The position numbers and the translations under genes are program-made. The notes beneath the pieces are model-generated. The model did no database searches. It worked only from the letters and a program-made list of their open reading frames with translations, and was not told the origin of the DNA. Source: Acidobacteriota bacterium (GTDB lineage Bacteria; Acidobacteriota; UBA6911; RPQK01; JAJDTT01). From it: DNA of 64,000 bases. The stretch spans positions 4,576,001 through 4,640,000 of the forward strand of contig CBDCJH010000002.1 of assembly GCA_965217775.1 (NCBI GenBank). Direction: 5' to 3'. This document shows positions 38,798 through 48,500 of the stretch, one piece after another (the stretch's first letter is position 1; each line of letters starts with the position of its first letter).

Positions 38798-39802
38798 ATG
38801 ATTGAACTACAGCACGATACGTTGACTTTCAGCTTCCCGGAGGTGCATGAGGAGGCGAGGTGCTCGATTTCGTTTTCGCGGACCCTGCGCATTCCGGACG
38901 ACGACCGTGACCATCCCCTTCCCCCGGGCCTGGGAGAGTTTCCGTTGCACCACGTGGATGACTATGCCGATCGCCTACCGAGGCGCTGGAGCGATCACGG
39001 CGGCGTCTTCATGCCCATGTACCAAGCGGAGGCGCTCTGGATTTCGTTCGGGAGCGGGTTTCGTTCGTATCCCATGGCCGTCAAGGTGGCCGCTGGGAAG
39101 GTCGACGCCGTCACCGGGCAACCATTTCGCAACGGATTGAACCAGAGGCCTCAGGACTACGTCGTGATCCCGGACCAGCCCTGGCTCGACGGTTTCTGCG
39201 TGCGGAAGGGCCTGATCCGGCAGTTTGTCGCCATGCCCCTCGGTGAGGGCTATACGGCGGAGGAGCAACTGACCGGCGCCGCGGAGCACGGAGGCCTGCA
39301 GATCGTCGTCTATCCGATGAAGGCGTCGCGGTACGAAAGACTGATGGCCGAGCGGGTCGAACCCTACGAAGCTGGTGTCATCTATTGTTCCATGCCGGAT
39401 CCCTGCCAAATGGGCTTGGCGCCCGGCGGGATGATGCGCCAGGAGGTCTACTCCGACGACTACGGATTCTCCGCCTGGGAGCGGGACGTCGGTTCGCGTT
39501 GCTTCGTCCACCTGCTCAACAGCGGGCAATACCGGACGGTGACCGGATTTGCGCCGCCGTATGAGCCGCCGACTGCCGCCGACTACACCGAGGCCGGCCT
39601 CCCCTGGTTCGAGTATTTCGACGGCGACCTCGAGGCGTTGGAGGGGGCGCCTCGACTCGACCGCCTCGACAGCGTGGGGGCCCGCAGGGTGAAGGAGGGA
39701 AAGCCGCCGCTGCACGGGGGCGAGAACGTGGAACCCAAACCGACACAGATCAAGCGCCTGCGCAAGAGCCAAGTGGTCCGGGACGGAAGCGCCGCCTGGT
39801 AG
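38798..39802 (+). CDS. Conserved hypothetical soluble protein
   Basis: Strong RBS; conserved-looking motifs RTLRIPDD, LPPGLGEFPL, PMYQAEALWI, QPWLDG, RQFVAMPLG, MGLAPGG, YTEAGLPWF. Confidence 0.8.
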   Translation: MIELQHDTLTFSFPEVHEEARCSISFSRTLRIPDDDRDHPLPPGLGEFPLHHVDDYADRLPRRWSDHGGVFMPMYQAEALWISFGSGFRSYPMAVKVAAGKVDAVTGQPFRNGLNQRPQDYVVIPDQPWLDGFCVRKGLIRQFVAMPLGEGYTAEEQLTGAAEHGGLQIVVYPMKASRYERLMAERVEPYEAGVIYCSMPDPCQMGLAPGGMMRQEVYSDDYGFSAWERDVGSRCFVHLLNSGQYRTVTGFAPPYEPPTAADYTEAGLPWFEYFDGDLEALEGAPRLDRLDSVGARRVKEGKPPLHGGENVEPKPTQIKRLRKSQVVRDGSAAW

Positions 39803-39880
39803 GTTCGGCGGTTTCCAACCGCCGGACTCTGGAGTAACAAGTTGGCGCCGAGGAACGGGCGATTGGAAATCGCCCCTCCT
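39803..39880. repeat. ~78-bp REPIN-like element
   Basis: Near-identical to 40312..40390 and similar to 49007..49084. Confidence 0.85.
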
Positions 39881-39957
39881 GTCACCTGGCTCGTGTACCG
39901 TCTGATCCCTGGTGGACATGTGATCGTTGGACGATCGGAAACGACCAGGAGGAGACG

Positions 39958-40308
39958 ATGACCTTTGGAGAACACATTCGCACGGTTCGGGAGAAGCGGC
40001 AGCGTGAAGATCGGGCATTTTCGTTGAGGATGGTGGCTTCCCGGACCGGCGTCCAACCGGCATACCTGTGCAAGTTGGAATTCGAGCAGACGCCGCCCCC
40101 ATCGGAGCAAACGATCCGCCGGCTCGCGACGGACCTGGAAGAGGACGCCGACGTGTTGTTGGCCATTGCCGGGAAGGTTTCACGGGATCTCCAGGAGATC
40201 GTTATCCGCCGGCCCAGGCTCATGGCCGATCTGTTGAGGGAACTCGACGAGGCTCCGGACGACATGCTGACCCGGATCACCCGGGAGGTCCGAGCCGGAG
40301 TTTCGTGA
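39958..40308 (+). CDS. XRE-family HTH regulator (copy 2)
   Basis: Same length (116 aa) as 38403..38753 and clearly paralogous. Confidence 0.85.
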   Translation: MTFGEHIRTVREKRQREDRAFSLRMVASRTGVQPAYLCKLEFEQTPPPSEQTIRRLATDLEEDADVLLAIAGKVSRDLQEIVIRRPRLMADLLRELDEAPDDMLTRITREVRAGVS

Positions 40309-40311
40309 CGG

Positions 40312-40390
40312 GGGAGCGGCGGTTTCCAACCGCCGGACTCCGGAGTGACAAGTTGGCGCCGAGGAATGGGCGATTGGAAATCGCCCCTCC
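40312..40390. repeat. ~78-bp REPIN-like element
   Basis: GGAGCGGCGGTTTCCAACCGCC-spacer-GGGCGATTGGAAATCGCCCCTCC. Confidence 0.85.
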
Positions 40391-40498
40391 CAAGGGCAAT
40401 CCATCACGCGGTCGAATCCTGCCCACCCCGTCAATTGGTCGCGTCGGGATGAGTCGTGATCTGACTCGGGCATCCGGACATCACATTGGTGAGTCATC

Positions 40499-40771
40499 AT
40501 GATGACTCCCATGCGGACGACGTTAACGATCGAACCGGACGTCGCTCAGCTCCTTCGGCGGGAAATTCGGCGTTCCGATAGGAGCATGAAAGCCGTCGTG
40601 AACGAGGCCTTGCGAATCGGTCTGGGAATGCGGGGCAAAACGCCTCAGACGTCTCGATACGAGGTGAAACCCCATGCCTTCGGCTTCAAGCCGGATATTG
40701 ACATCAATCGGCTCAATCTACTGGTCGACGAGTTGGAAGCAGAGGAAATGGGTCGAAATAGTCAGCTTTGA
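40499..40771 (+). CDS. VapB-like antitoxin (RHH type)
   Basis: MRTTLTIEPDV...KAVVNEALRIGL; overlaps a PIN gene (TTGA). Confidence 0.78.
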   Translation: MMTPMRTTLTIEPDVAQLLRREIRRSDRSMKAVVNEALRIGLGMRGKTPQTSRYEVKPHAFGFKPDIDINRLNLLVDELEAEEMGRNSQL

Positions 40772-41013
40772 TCATTCCCGACGTCAACCTGTTGCTGCAC
40801 GCCCACAATTCGGACTTTCCGCGACACCGGGAAGCCCGGGAATGGTGGGAAGCCCTGATGAACGGGACTGTCAGCGTCGGACTCCCGTGGGCGTCTATCC
40901 TTGGTTTTATCCGCATCGCGACTCACCCGAGAATTTTCGAGTATCCCCTCGACGTGAGGGGCGCCTGCACTCGCGTCCGATCTTGGCTCGATTTCCGGGT
41001 CTGCGATGGGTGA
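40768..41013 (+). pseudogene. C-terminally truncated VapC/PIN toxin
   Basis: IIPDVNLLLHA, GFIRIATHPRIF; only 81 aa, so the later PIN acidic residues are missing. Confidence 0.75.
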
Positions 41014-41045
41014 ACCCACTCGCCTGACGTAGCCGCCGATCTGCC

Positions 41046-41126
41046 TGGAGCGGCGGATTTCCGACCGTCGAAATCCCTTTGAGTTTGGAACAGCGAAGAT
41101 TGGGGGACAAGAATGTCTCTCCTCCC
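41046..41126. repeat. Degenerate REP pair
   Basis: GGAGCGGCGGATTTCCGACCGTC and GGGGGACAAGAATGTCTCCTCC. Confidence 0.65.
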
Positions 41127-41179
41127 AGGTGTGAATTATAATGGGCGGGGACCTTGCCCGGGCAGGGTCCCCCGGGACC

Positions 41180-41965
41180 ATGTTGAGTTCGCTTCTTCGC
41201 CACAAGCACCTGATTCGTGAACTGGTGTCCCGGGACATCCGGAGCCGCTACGTGGGCTCCGTCGCCGGCCTCTTCTGGTCCATTCTGAATCCGGCTCTGC
41301 AACTGGCACTCTACACGCTGGTCTTCTCTCTCGTGCTGGAGATCCGGTTCGGAACCGAGGGCTCCACCGGGGTCTTCGCGCTGAACCTTTTCGCCGCCCT
41401 TCTGCCCTGGATGGCCATTCAGGAGGGCGTCGTCCGGTCCGCCCGGACCTTCATCGAGAACGCCAACATCATCAAGAAGCAGCGATTTCCGCTGGAGACG
41501 CTTCCCTTCAGCGTCCTGATCTCGGCCGTGGTGCACCAGCTCCTGGGGACGGCCGTTTTCCTCGTGGTGCTGGCGGTCACCCAACTGACCGACTTCCGGT
41601 TCCTGGTCCTGATCTTCCCCCTCTTCGGGATCCAGATCCTGATGACCTACGGGCTGGCCGCCATGGCCGCCCCGCTGAACGTCTTCTTCCGCGACGTGGC
41701 CCAGCTCCTGGGCGTTCTCTTCATGCTCTTCTTCTGGGTCACTCCCATCGTCTACCCCCGGAGCCGAGCCCCGGAAACCTACCAGTTCCTCCTCGCTCTG
41801 AACCCCCTGACCCACATGGTGGAGGCCTACCGGTTCGCCTTCCTGGGCGCTCCGGAACCCTCCTTCTGGGGGTTGCTCTATTGGGCCGTCCTGTCCCTCG
41901 GGTTCTATCGCCTGGGGCGTTTCGTCCTGGACCGGACCCGAAACCAGTTGGTGGACCTGCTGTGA
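41180..41965 (+). CDS. wzm: ABC-2 polysaccharide export permease
   Basis: RDIRSRYVGSVAGLFWSILNP, FFRDV, TPIVYP, LNPL; TATAAT at 41137 favours this start. Confidence 0.92.
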   Translation: MLSSLLRHKHLIRELVSRDIRSRYVGSVAGLFWSILNPALQLALYTLVFSLVLEIRFGTEGSTGVFALNLFAALLPWMAIQEGVVRSARTFIENANIIKKQRFPLETLPFSVLISAVVHQLLGTAVFLVVLAVTQLTDFRFLVLIFPLFGIQILMTYGLAAMAAPLNVFFRDVAQLLGVLFMLFFWVTPIVYPRSRAPETYQFLLALNPLTHMVEAYRFAFLGAPEPSFWGLLYWAVLSLGFYRLGRFVLDRTRNQLVDLL

Positions 41966-43155
41966 AACCCCCCGTCCGGGTCGGCCGCCTCTCCAAGTTC
42001 TACGGGTCGCATTGGAACCCCCGGAGCCTTCTCCGCCAAATCCTCACCGGAAAGGATTCGGTCCAGCGGATCCGGGCCCTGGAAGGGGTCAGCTTCCAGG
42101 TCGAGGCGGGCCAGGCCCTGGGAGTGGTCGGCCAGAACGGTTCGGGAAAGACGACCCTGCTGAAAATCGTGTCGGGCGCCGCCCATCCCAGCTCGGGCCA
42201 AGTCGAGGTGGATGGACGGATCGGCGCCCTGTTGGACCTGGGAGCCGGCTTTCATCCCGAGTTCAGCGGCCGCGAGAACATCCGGTTCAGCGGAGCTCTC
42301 ATGGGCCTGGAGCCGGACCGGGTCCGGGAGGCGGAGGACCGGATCGTGGCCTTCAGCGACCTGGCGGAATTCATCGACCAGCCGGTGAGGACCTATTCCG
42401 CCGGCATGTACGTCCGGTTGGGCTTCGCCGTCTCCACCGGATTCCACCCTGCTGTGCTGGTCATCGACGAGGCGCTGGCGGTGGGAGACCAGCCCTTCCA
42501 GAAAAAGTGCACCGACCGGATCCTGTCCATCAAGAAGAGGGGAGCCGCCATCGTGATCTGCTCCCACAACCTCTACCAGATCAGAACCCTGTGCGAGGAG
42601 GCGATCTGGCTCCGGGAGGGCCGGCCCCAATCCCAGGGAGACGCCGTCACGGTGGTGGAGGACTACAGCCGATTTCTGGGGCAAGCGTCGGCTCCCCGCG
42701 ACGGGGGCGCCGACACCGCCGGTTCCGACACCACCCGGAATTGTAGGATCGAAAGCCTCCGGCTGGAGGACGGTTCGGGATCCCGATCCGGGAGCTTCCG
42801 GACCGGCGAGACCTTGCGGCTGGAAATCGTCGCCGAGTTCGCGTCCGACTTCCGGGGCCGCCCCAGCCTTCGGGTGGCGATCCGGAGAGACGACGGCCTC
42901 AGCATCCACGAGACCCGGATCCGCAGCATTGAAGAGCTCCAGTCCCTGGGCGGCGGCCGTTACCGGGGGCGGCTCACGCTGCGGGAAATTCCCCTCCTCG
43001 CGGGCGGTTACCGGGTTCTGGCCGCCGCCTGCTCCCATTCCGAGGAGCCGGAGCCGGGGAATTGGAGCTCGATTCCGTTCAACGTACGCTCCCGGGGCGG
43101 GGAATGGGGAGCGGTCCGTCTGGAACATCGTTGGAGCGGGAGCGGCGGTTTCTAG
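41962..43155 (+). CDS. wzt: Polysaccharide ABC transporter ATPase with C-terminal Wzt_C domain
   Basis: GQNGSGKTT, YSAGMYVRLGF, IDEALAVGD; stop TAG lies inside a REP. Confidence 0.92.
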   Translation: MKPPVRVGRLSKFYGSHWNPRSLLRQILTGKDSVQRIRALEGVSFQVEAGQALGVVGQNGSGKTTLLKIVSGAAHPSSGQVEVDGRIGALLDLGAGFHPEFSGRENIRFSGALMGLEPDRVREAEDRIVAFSDLAEFIDQPVRTYSAGMYVRLGFAVSTGFHPAVLVIDEALAVGDQPFQKKCTDRILSIKKRGAAIVICSHNLYQIRTLCEEAIWLREGRPQSQGDAVTVVEDYSRFLGQASAPRDGGADTAGSDTTRNCRIESLRLEDGSGSRSGSFRTGETLRLEIVAEFASDFRGRPSLRVAIRRDDGLSIHETRIRSIEELQSLGGGRYRGRLTLREIPLLAGGYRVLAAACSHSEEPEPGNWSSIPFNVRSRGGEWGAVRLEHRWSGSGGF

Positions 43156-43423
43156 CCGCCGACTCTTCGTCTCGCCCCAAAGATTCTTCGTCAATTTGAA
43201 CAAGAATTCGAGATTAACAGCCCGTGGCAAAAGTCACCACGGACTGTTAAGGAATCAACGGGCACCCGATGACCGATCGCACTTTTTCCGCCGTCGTCGT
43301 TGTAGGTAATGAGCGTTGACAATCGATGAGGGACAACGGAAGAATGCTTCGTATGGAACCAAACCCCTTGAGGGCAAGATGTAGTCGACTCTCATCTCTC
43401 GCCATCAGGTGGAGACCAAAACC

Positions 43424-43753
43424 ATGAATGTCGATTTGATCAGGGTCTTGGTAGCCGTGGTGGCGGTTGGCATCGGTTTGGCCGGACTGATGTTGGCCAG
43501 CTTTCGAGGGCTGCGTCGGGAGATGATGGGCCTGCGCCAGGAGATGCGGCAGGACATGCGGGGCCTGCGGCACGAGATGCGGGACGAAATTCAAGGCCTG
43601 CGGCACGAGACGCGGCAGGATATACGGGACATGCGCGGCCACATGGGACGGATCGATTCCCATATCGGCGAACTCCGGGAACGAATGGCGCAAGTGGAAG
43701 GACTGCTGAAGGGGTTGCGCGACGCTTTCGTCCAGGGGATCACTCCCAACTAG
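43424..43753 (+). CDS. Small N-terminal-TM coiled-coil protein with 11-aa repeats (family 2, copy A)
   Basis: TM LVAVVAVGIGLAGLMLAS, GLR(Q/H)E repeats, LRERMAQVEGLLKGLR; paralog at 48499. Confidence 0.75.
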   Translation: MNVDLIRVLVAVVAVGIGLAGLMLASFRGLRREMMGLRQEMRQDMRGLRHEMRDEIQGLRHETRQDIRDMRGHMGRIDSHIGELRERMAQVEGLLKGLRDAFVQGITPN

Positions 43754-43914
43754 GAGGGGCGATTTCCAATCGCCCATTCTTCCGCTCCCTCGTGGGCTCC
43801 TTCTCCCGTTCTCTTTTGCTTTATTGACACTTGGGAGTTCGGCGGCTAGGAAACCGCCGCTCCCTTCCCGTTCGTGGAATCGGTTTGGGCGGCATGGTAT
43901 CGTGCTGGCCAGTC

Positions 43915-45966
43915 ATGGGAGCCGGGAGGGGAAGTTCGGACGATTCTTCCGGCCTTCGGCGACACCGCGACCTCTACGATCACGGCTACTTCCACGGTAA
44001 GACCAGCGGCTATCCGCCCGAGGGTTACGCTCGGGCGCATCCGGATTGGAACCCCTGGATTGAGTTGCTGGCGGCGCTCCAGCCCCGGGGCTTGTGGGTG
44101 GAGCTGGGTTGCGCTTACGGCTACCTGACGGAGGCGGTCCGGGGCTCCGGCCGACGGGCGGTGGGCCTGGACCTGAGCGACTACGCCCTCTCCCAGCACC
44201 CGCCGGCGCGTCCCTTCCTGGTGCAGGGTGACGCCCAGGAACTCCCCTTCTCCGGCGGCTGCGCGCACGTCGTCACCCTGTTCGACCTGCTGGAGCACCT
44301 TCCGGATCCGCGCGCCTGTCTCCGGGAAGCGGTCCGCGTCTTGCACCCGGACGGACTCATGGCAGGCACCACCCCGGACCCTCTCCATTTCCAGCGTCCG
44401 GAGTCGACCCACTGTTTCGAGCGCCCCCCTTCCTTCTGGATCTCGGCCCTGGAGGAGCTGGACCTGGCCGTGACCTACCGCTTCTCCGTGACCCCCTACA
44501 ACTTCCAGTTCCTGGCGGCGTTCAAGGAGTCCCCCACGGCGGAGCGGACGGCGGCGTGGCAGCACGACTATTACGGCCCCGAACCGGAATTCGTCTCCGT
44601 CGACGGTCCCCTGGAAGCCCTGCCCCGCTGGGGCTGGTCGGCCTTGGAGTCCGGATCCCGGGGCATGCAGGGAAATTCCTCGGCTCTCTACCTCCTGAAC
44701 CGGCTGGCCGGACCGGTCCGTTTCACAACCCGCTTCTCCGTCTCCTCCTCGCCCGACTTCACCACCCTGCGGGTCCGGGCCGGCAGCTCCACGTTGGCCG
44801 AGATCCACGTCGATTCGGAGCGGAAGACCACCCGGGTCGAACTCCCCCCGGTCAGCGTGGCCACCGGGGGACACCATCTGATCTTCGAACCGTTCCCCCT
44901 GGGTCCGCGGCTCCGCATCCACGACGTGGAGATCGAGGCCGAGCCCTGTTCCCAGGAGGACCTGGTCCTGGGTCTTCCCTTCGACCTTTACCAGCGCTAC
45001 CGCCTCGTAGCGCAGGTGGGTTCCCGATTGACCCAGGGTCCCATCCTGGACGTGGGCGGCCTGTTGGGGGACCAGGACGGACACCTGGCCACCACGGCGG
45101 ACTTTTTCTCCGAACTGGAATTGGACGCGCCCGTGCAGGTGCGTACCACCGACCTGAGGCATTGCGACCATCCGGACCACGCTCCGGCGCGGGCCTGGGA
45201 GCAGCCCTTCGAAGACGCCTCCTTCGACCTGGTGCTGGCCCTGGACGTCCTGGAGCACTTGGAACCGGAGCGGCGGCCCGACCTCCTTTCGGAACTGGAC
45301 CGTGTCGCCCGTTCCTTCATCCTGATCGGCGCCCCCTTCTCCACCCCGGCCGTGGAGCGGACGGAGGAAGAGCTGGCGCAGGGACTGCTGGACACCCGCC
45401 GTTTCCTGGAGGAGCACCGGACCCTGGGGCTGCCGTCCCACGACCTGGTGGAGAGTCACTTCGGGGACCGGCCCGACTATGAGGTCCACCGGTTCCCCAG
45501 CGGCTATCTGCCTCGCTGGCGGGCCATGCAAGTGCTGACGCAGCACTATTTCCAGTTGAACGACTACACCTCCATGACCGCCCTGAACCGCCTCTACAAC
45601 CAGACCTGCTACGTTCCGGACCTGGCCGAACCGGCCTACCGGACCCTTTTCCTGATCTCCAAGACACCTCTTTCGGAAGGCCGGCGGAATTCGCTGGCGG
45701 CGCTCATCCCGGGGCCCGACGCGGATCCCGAGTCCCCCTGCGGCCTCTCGGAGATGGCCCGGCACGCCCAGTTCCCGAGTCTCCACCAACGGCTTCGGGA
45801 GCTGCTTCAGGAACGGGACGAGGCTTGGCTGAACACCCGTTTCCTCATCAACGAGCGGCAGAAGCTGATCCGGCTGCTGCGCCGGGAGATCCGGCGCCTG
45901 CGCACCGAGGTTCCCCTCTGGAAACTGGCGGGTATTCGCCTCCGGGACAAACTGAGACGCCGGTGA
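43915..45966 (+). CDS. Double SAM-methyltransferase-domain protein (possible glycan chain terminator/modifier)
   Basis: VELGCAYG...FDLLEHL and LDVGG...FDLVLALDVLEHL; short C-terminal coiled coil; start uncertain. Confidence 0.8.
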   Translation: MGAGRGSSDDSSGLRRHRDLYDHGYFHGKTSGYPPEGYARAHPDWNPWIELLAALQPRGLWVELGCAYGYLTEAVRGSGRRAVGLDLSDYALSQHPPARPFLVQGDAQELPFSGGCAHVVTLFDLLEHLPDPRACLREAVRVLHPDGLMAGTTPDPLHFQRPESTHCFERPPSFWISALEELDLAVTYRFSVTPYNFQFLAAFKESPTAERTAAWQHDYYGPEPEFVSVDGPLEALPRWGWSALESGSRGMQGNSSALYLLNRLAGPVRFTTRFSVSSSPDFTTLRVRAGSSTLAEIHVDSERKTTRVELPPVSVATGGHHLIFEPFPLGPRLRIHDVEIEAEPCSQEDLVLGLPFDLYQRYRLVAQVGSRLTQGPILDVGGLLGDQDGHLATTADFFSELELDAPVQVRTTDLRHCDHPDHAPARAWEQPFEDASFDLVLALDVLEHLEPERRPDLLSELDRVARSFILIGAPFSTPAVERTEEELAQGLLDTRRFLEEHRTLGLPSHDLVESHFGDRPDYEVHRFPSGYLPRWRAMQVLTQHYFQLNDYTSMTALNRLYNQTCYVPDLAEPAYRTLFLISKTPLSEGRRNSLAALIPGPDADPESPCGLSEMARHAQFPSLHQRLRELLQERDEAWLNTRFLINERQKLIRLLRREIRRLRTEVPLWKLAGIRLRDKLRRR

Positions 45967-46982
45967 TGGGACCGCGGCCGACGTCCGAATCGGTTCCGTC
46001 CCGGGGACAGGTCCGACCTGCCGAAACCGGCTCACCCGCCCCCGCCTCCGTCGCCATCATCAACTACAACGGCCGTCCCTACCTGGAGGAATTGCTCGGT
46101 TCCCTGGAACTTCAGACTCACCGGCCGCTGGAGACCCTGCTGGTGGACAACGCCTCCCGGGATGACAGTGTCGCCTACGTCCGGCGGGAGTTTTCCTGGG
46201 TCCAGGTACTCCCGCAGGACCGGAACCTGGGGTTCTCCCAAGCCGCCAATCTGGCCGCCGAGTCGGCCCGCGGACCTTACCTCGTCCTGCTCAACACCGA
46301 CCTTCGGCTGGAGCCGGACTGGCTGGAAGAGCTCGTGGCCGTGGTCGAGACTGACCCCTCCATCGCCGCCGTCTCCTCCAAGCTGAGGCTGTACGACCAT
46401 CCCCGACGGCTCAACGGGGTGGGGGGCTGCATGAACCGGTTGGGCTACACCTGGGACCGGGGCATGGGGGAGGAGGACCGGGGCCAGTACGACCAGAGCC
46501 GGGACGTCCTTTTCGCCTGCGCTGCCGCCGCACTCTTCGACCGGTCCCGTTTCCGGGACGCGGGCGGGTTCGATCCCCGCTTCTTCATGTACCACGAGGA
46601 CGTCGACCTCTGTTGGAGGCTCCGGCTGCGGGGTTTCCGGGTGGTCACGGCGCCCAGGGCGGTCGCCTACCATCACCTGAGCGCCTCCACCCGGGAGGAC
46701 CGGGGGCTCCTCTGGCGGGAGATCCTGGGAGAGCGCCACAACATGCGCGCCCTGCTCAAGAACTACCAGGGCGCCAACCTGGCCCGGGCCCTCTGGGATC
46801 TCCTGGCCCTGCGCCAGCCGCCGCGCCGCAAATGGGCGCAACTGGGAAACCTGGCCTGGAACCTGCGGCGGCTTCCCGAGACGCTGCGGCTGAGACGCCG
46901 CATCCAGCAGGAACGGCGGGTGACGGACGCACAACTGAAACGCCTTATCGTACAATCGCGCCATGTCCCCATCCCCCGGTGA
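45966..46982 (+). CDS. GT2 glycosyltransferase
   Basis: INYNG, LVDNAS, LLNTD, GGFDPRFFMYHEDVDLCWR. Confidence 0.9.
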   Translation: MGPRPTSESVPSRGQVRPAETGSPAPASVAIINYNGRPYLEELLGSLELQTHRPLETLLVDNASRDDSVAYVRREFSWVQVLPQDRNLGFSQAANLAAESARGPYLVLLNTDLRLEPDWLEELVAVVETDPSIAAVSSKLRLYDHPRRLNGVGGCMNRLGYTWDRGMGEEDRGQYDQSRDVLFACAAAALFDRSRFRDAGGFDPRFFMYHEDVDLCWRLRLRGFRVVTAPRAVAYHHLSASTREDRGLLWREILGERHNMRALLKNYQGANLARALWDLLALRQPPRRKWAQLGNLAWNLRRLPETLRLRRRIQQERRVTDAQLKRLIVQSRHVPIPR

Positions 46983-48285
46983 CGTCTCGGTCGTCACCGT
47001 CAACTGGAACGGCAAGTCCCACCTGTCCACCCTGCTTCCTCCCCTGTTGGCACTGGAACCGGGCGAGGTGATCGTGGTGGACAACGGGAGCACCGACGGC
47101 TCCCAGGGGTTCCTCAGGAAGCGTTATCCCCAAGTCCGAATGCTGGAGAACGGAGTCAACCGCGGCTTCGCGCAACCCTGCAACCTGGGGGCTGAGACGG
47201 CGCGGGGGTCCTGCGTCGCCTTCATCAACAACGACATGCGCCCCGAACCGGACTGGCTGACCGCCGCGCTGGAGAGGCTGGCGCCCCGGACACCGTGCGT
47301 GGCGTCGCGAATCCTGGACTGGGAAGGCCGGCGCATCGACTACAACGGGTCTTCCCTGCATTACCTGGGCTACGGCCTGCAGGAGGATCTGGGCTTGCCC
47401 GTCGAGGAGGCGCCGCGCCGGGACCAGGTCCTTTTTCCTTGTGGCGGGGCCATGCTGGTGGACCGGAGGGTCTTCCTGGAGGTGGGCGGATTCGATTCCG
47501 ATTTCTTCGCCCTGTACGAGGACGTGGACCTGGGCTGGCGGCTCTGGCTGGCGGGCCACCGTGTGGTCATGGCCCCCGATTCGGTGGTGCGCCACCGCGG
47601 GCATTCCACCCTGGAGACCCAGGCGCCGGAGAAGACCCGGTATCTGATGCACCGGAACGCCCTGCTGACCATCTTCAAGAACTACGAGGAGGAGAATTTC
47701 CGGAAGATCGTTCCCCTGGCGCTGCTCCTTTCGGTGAAGCGGGCGGTCCACTTCTCGGGAGTGCGCAAGGAGAGTTTCTACCTCTGGTCGGAGACGCGCC
47801 ACAAGCTGGAGGAAGGGGACGCAGCCGCGCGATCCCAACTCCTGGACTCGTTGAACCACCTGGTGGCCGTGGACGACGTGCTGCAGTCGCTGCCCCGGTT
47901 GCTGGAGAAACGCCGCCGGGTGCAGGCGCTTCGCCGCCGGAGCGACCGGGAGATCATGGAGCTGTTCGGAGACCCCCTGCGGCGAATCGTGGAGGACCCG
48001 GAATACGTCAGGGAGGAACTGGAGCTTCTGGAATTTCTGGGGTTGGGATCGTTGCTGGATCCGGGCCCGAGCGCCGACGCTCCGGAGTCTCTGCCGGGGT
48101 CGCTGAGGGAGAAGATCCGGTTGCTGGAAAAGGAGTTGAATGGACTCCGTTGGCTGGGGGGGCAAGCGGGTCTGCATCCTCCCGGCCCGCCGGGGCTGGC
48201 GGCGCGGTTTCTCCGCACCGTTCGGCGGGAGGGGTTGAAGGTCGCCTGTCTGCGGGCGTTCGACTACGTCAATCGAGCGGTGTGA
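46963..48285 (+). CDS. GT2 glycosyltransferase with C-terminal extension
   Basis: VNWNG, VVDNGSTDGS, FINND, GGFDSDFFALYEDVDLGWR. Confidence 0.9.
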   Translation: MSPSPGDVSVVTVNWNGKSHLSTLLPPLLALEPGEVIVVDNGSTDGSQGFLRKRYPQVRMLENGVNRGFAQPCNLGAETARGSCVAFINNDMRPEPDWLTAALERLAPRTPCVASRILDWEGRRIDYNGSSLHYLGYGLQEDLGLPVEEAPRRDQVLFPCGGAMLVDRRVFLEVGGFDSDFFALYEDVDLGWRLWLAGHRVVMAPDSVVRHRGHSTLETQAPEKTRYLMHRNALLTIFKNYEEENFRKIVPLALLLSVKRAVHFSGVRKESFYLWSETRHKLEEGDAAARSQLLDSLNHLVAVDDVLQSLPRLLEKRRRVQALRRRSDREIMELFGDPLRRIVEDPEYVREELELLEFLGLGSLLDPGPSADAPESLPGSLREKIRLLEKELNGLRWLGGQAGLHPPGPPGLAARFLRTVRREGLKVACLRAFDYVNRAV

Positions 48286-48293
48286 AAGATGAG

Positions 48294-48500
48294 GGGAGCG
48301 GCGGTTTCTAGCCGCCGAAAGGAGCGGCGGTTTCTAGCCGCCGAACTCCGGAGTAAAATTACGAGCCGAACTCTGGAGTAAAATTGACGAGCCGAACTCT
48401 GGAGTAAAATTGACGAGCCGAACTCTGGAGTAAAATTGACGAGCCGAACTCCAGAGTAACATTGACGAGGGGGACTGGGCGACTGGAAATCGCCCCTCCT
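48294..48500. repeat. REP pair enclosing five tandem 25-26 bp units
   Basis: GCCGAACTCTGGAGTAAAATTGACGA x5 at 48340..48468, no spacers. Confidence 0.9.

Noticed and set aside
38236-41126. True integron with attC sites
   Set aside because: The repeats lack the RYYYAAC...GTTRRRY boundaries and no IntI is present; they are REP-type hairpins.
48340-48468. Possible CRISPR array
   Set aside because: Units are contiguous with no unique spacers, and there are no cas genes in the window.
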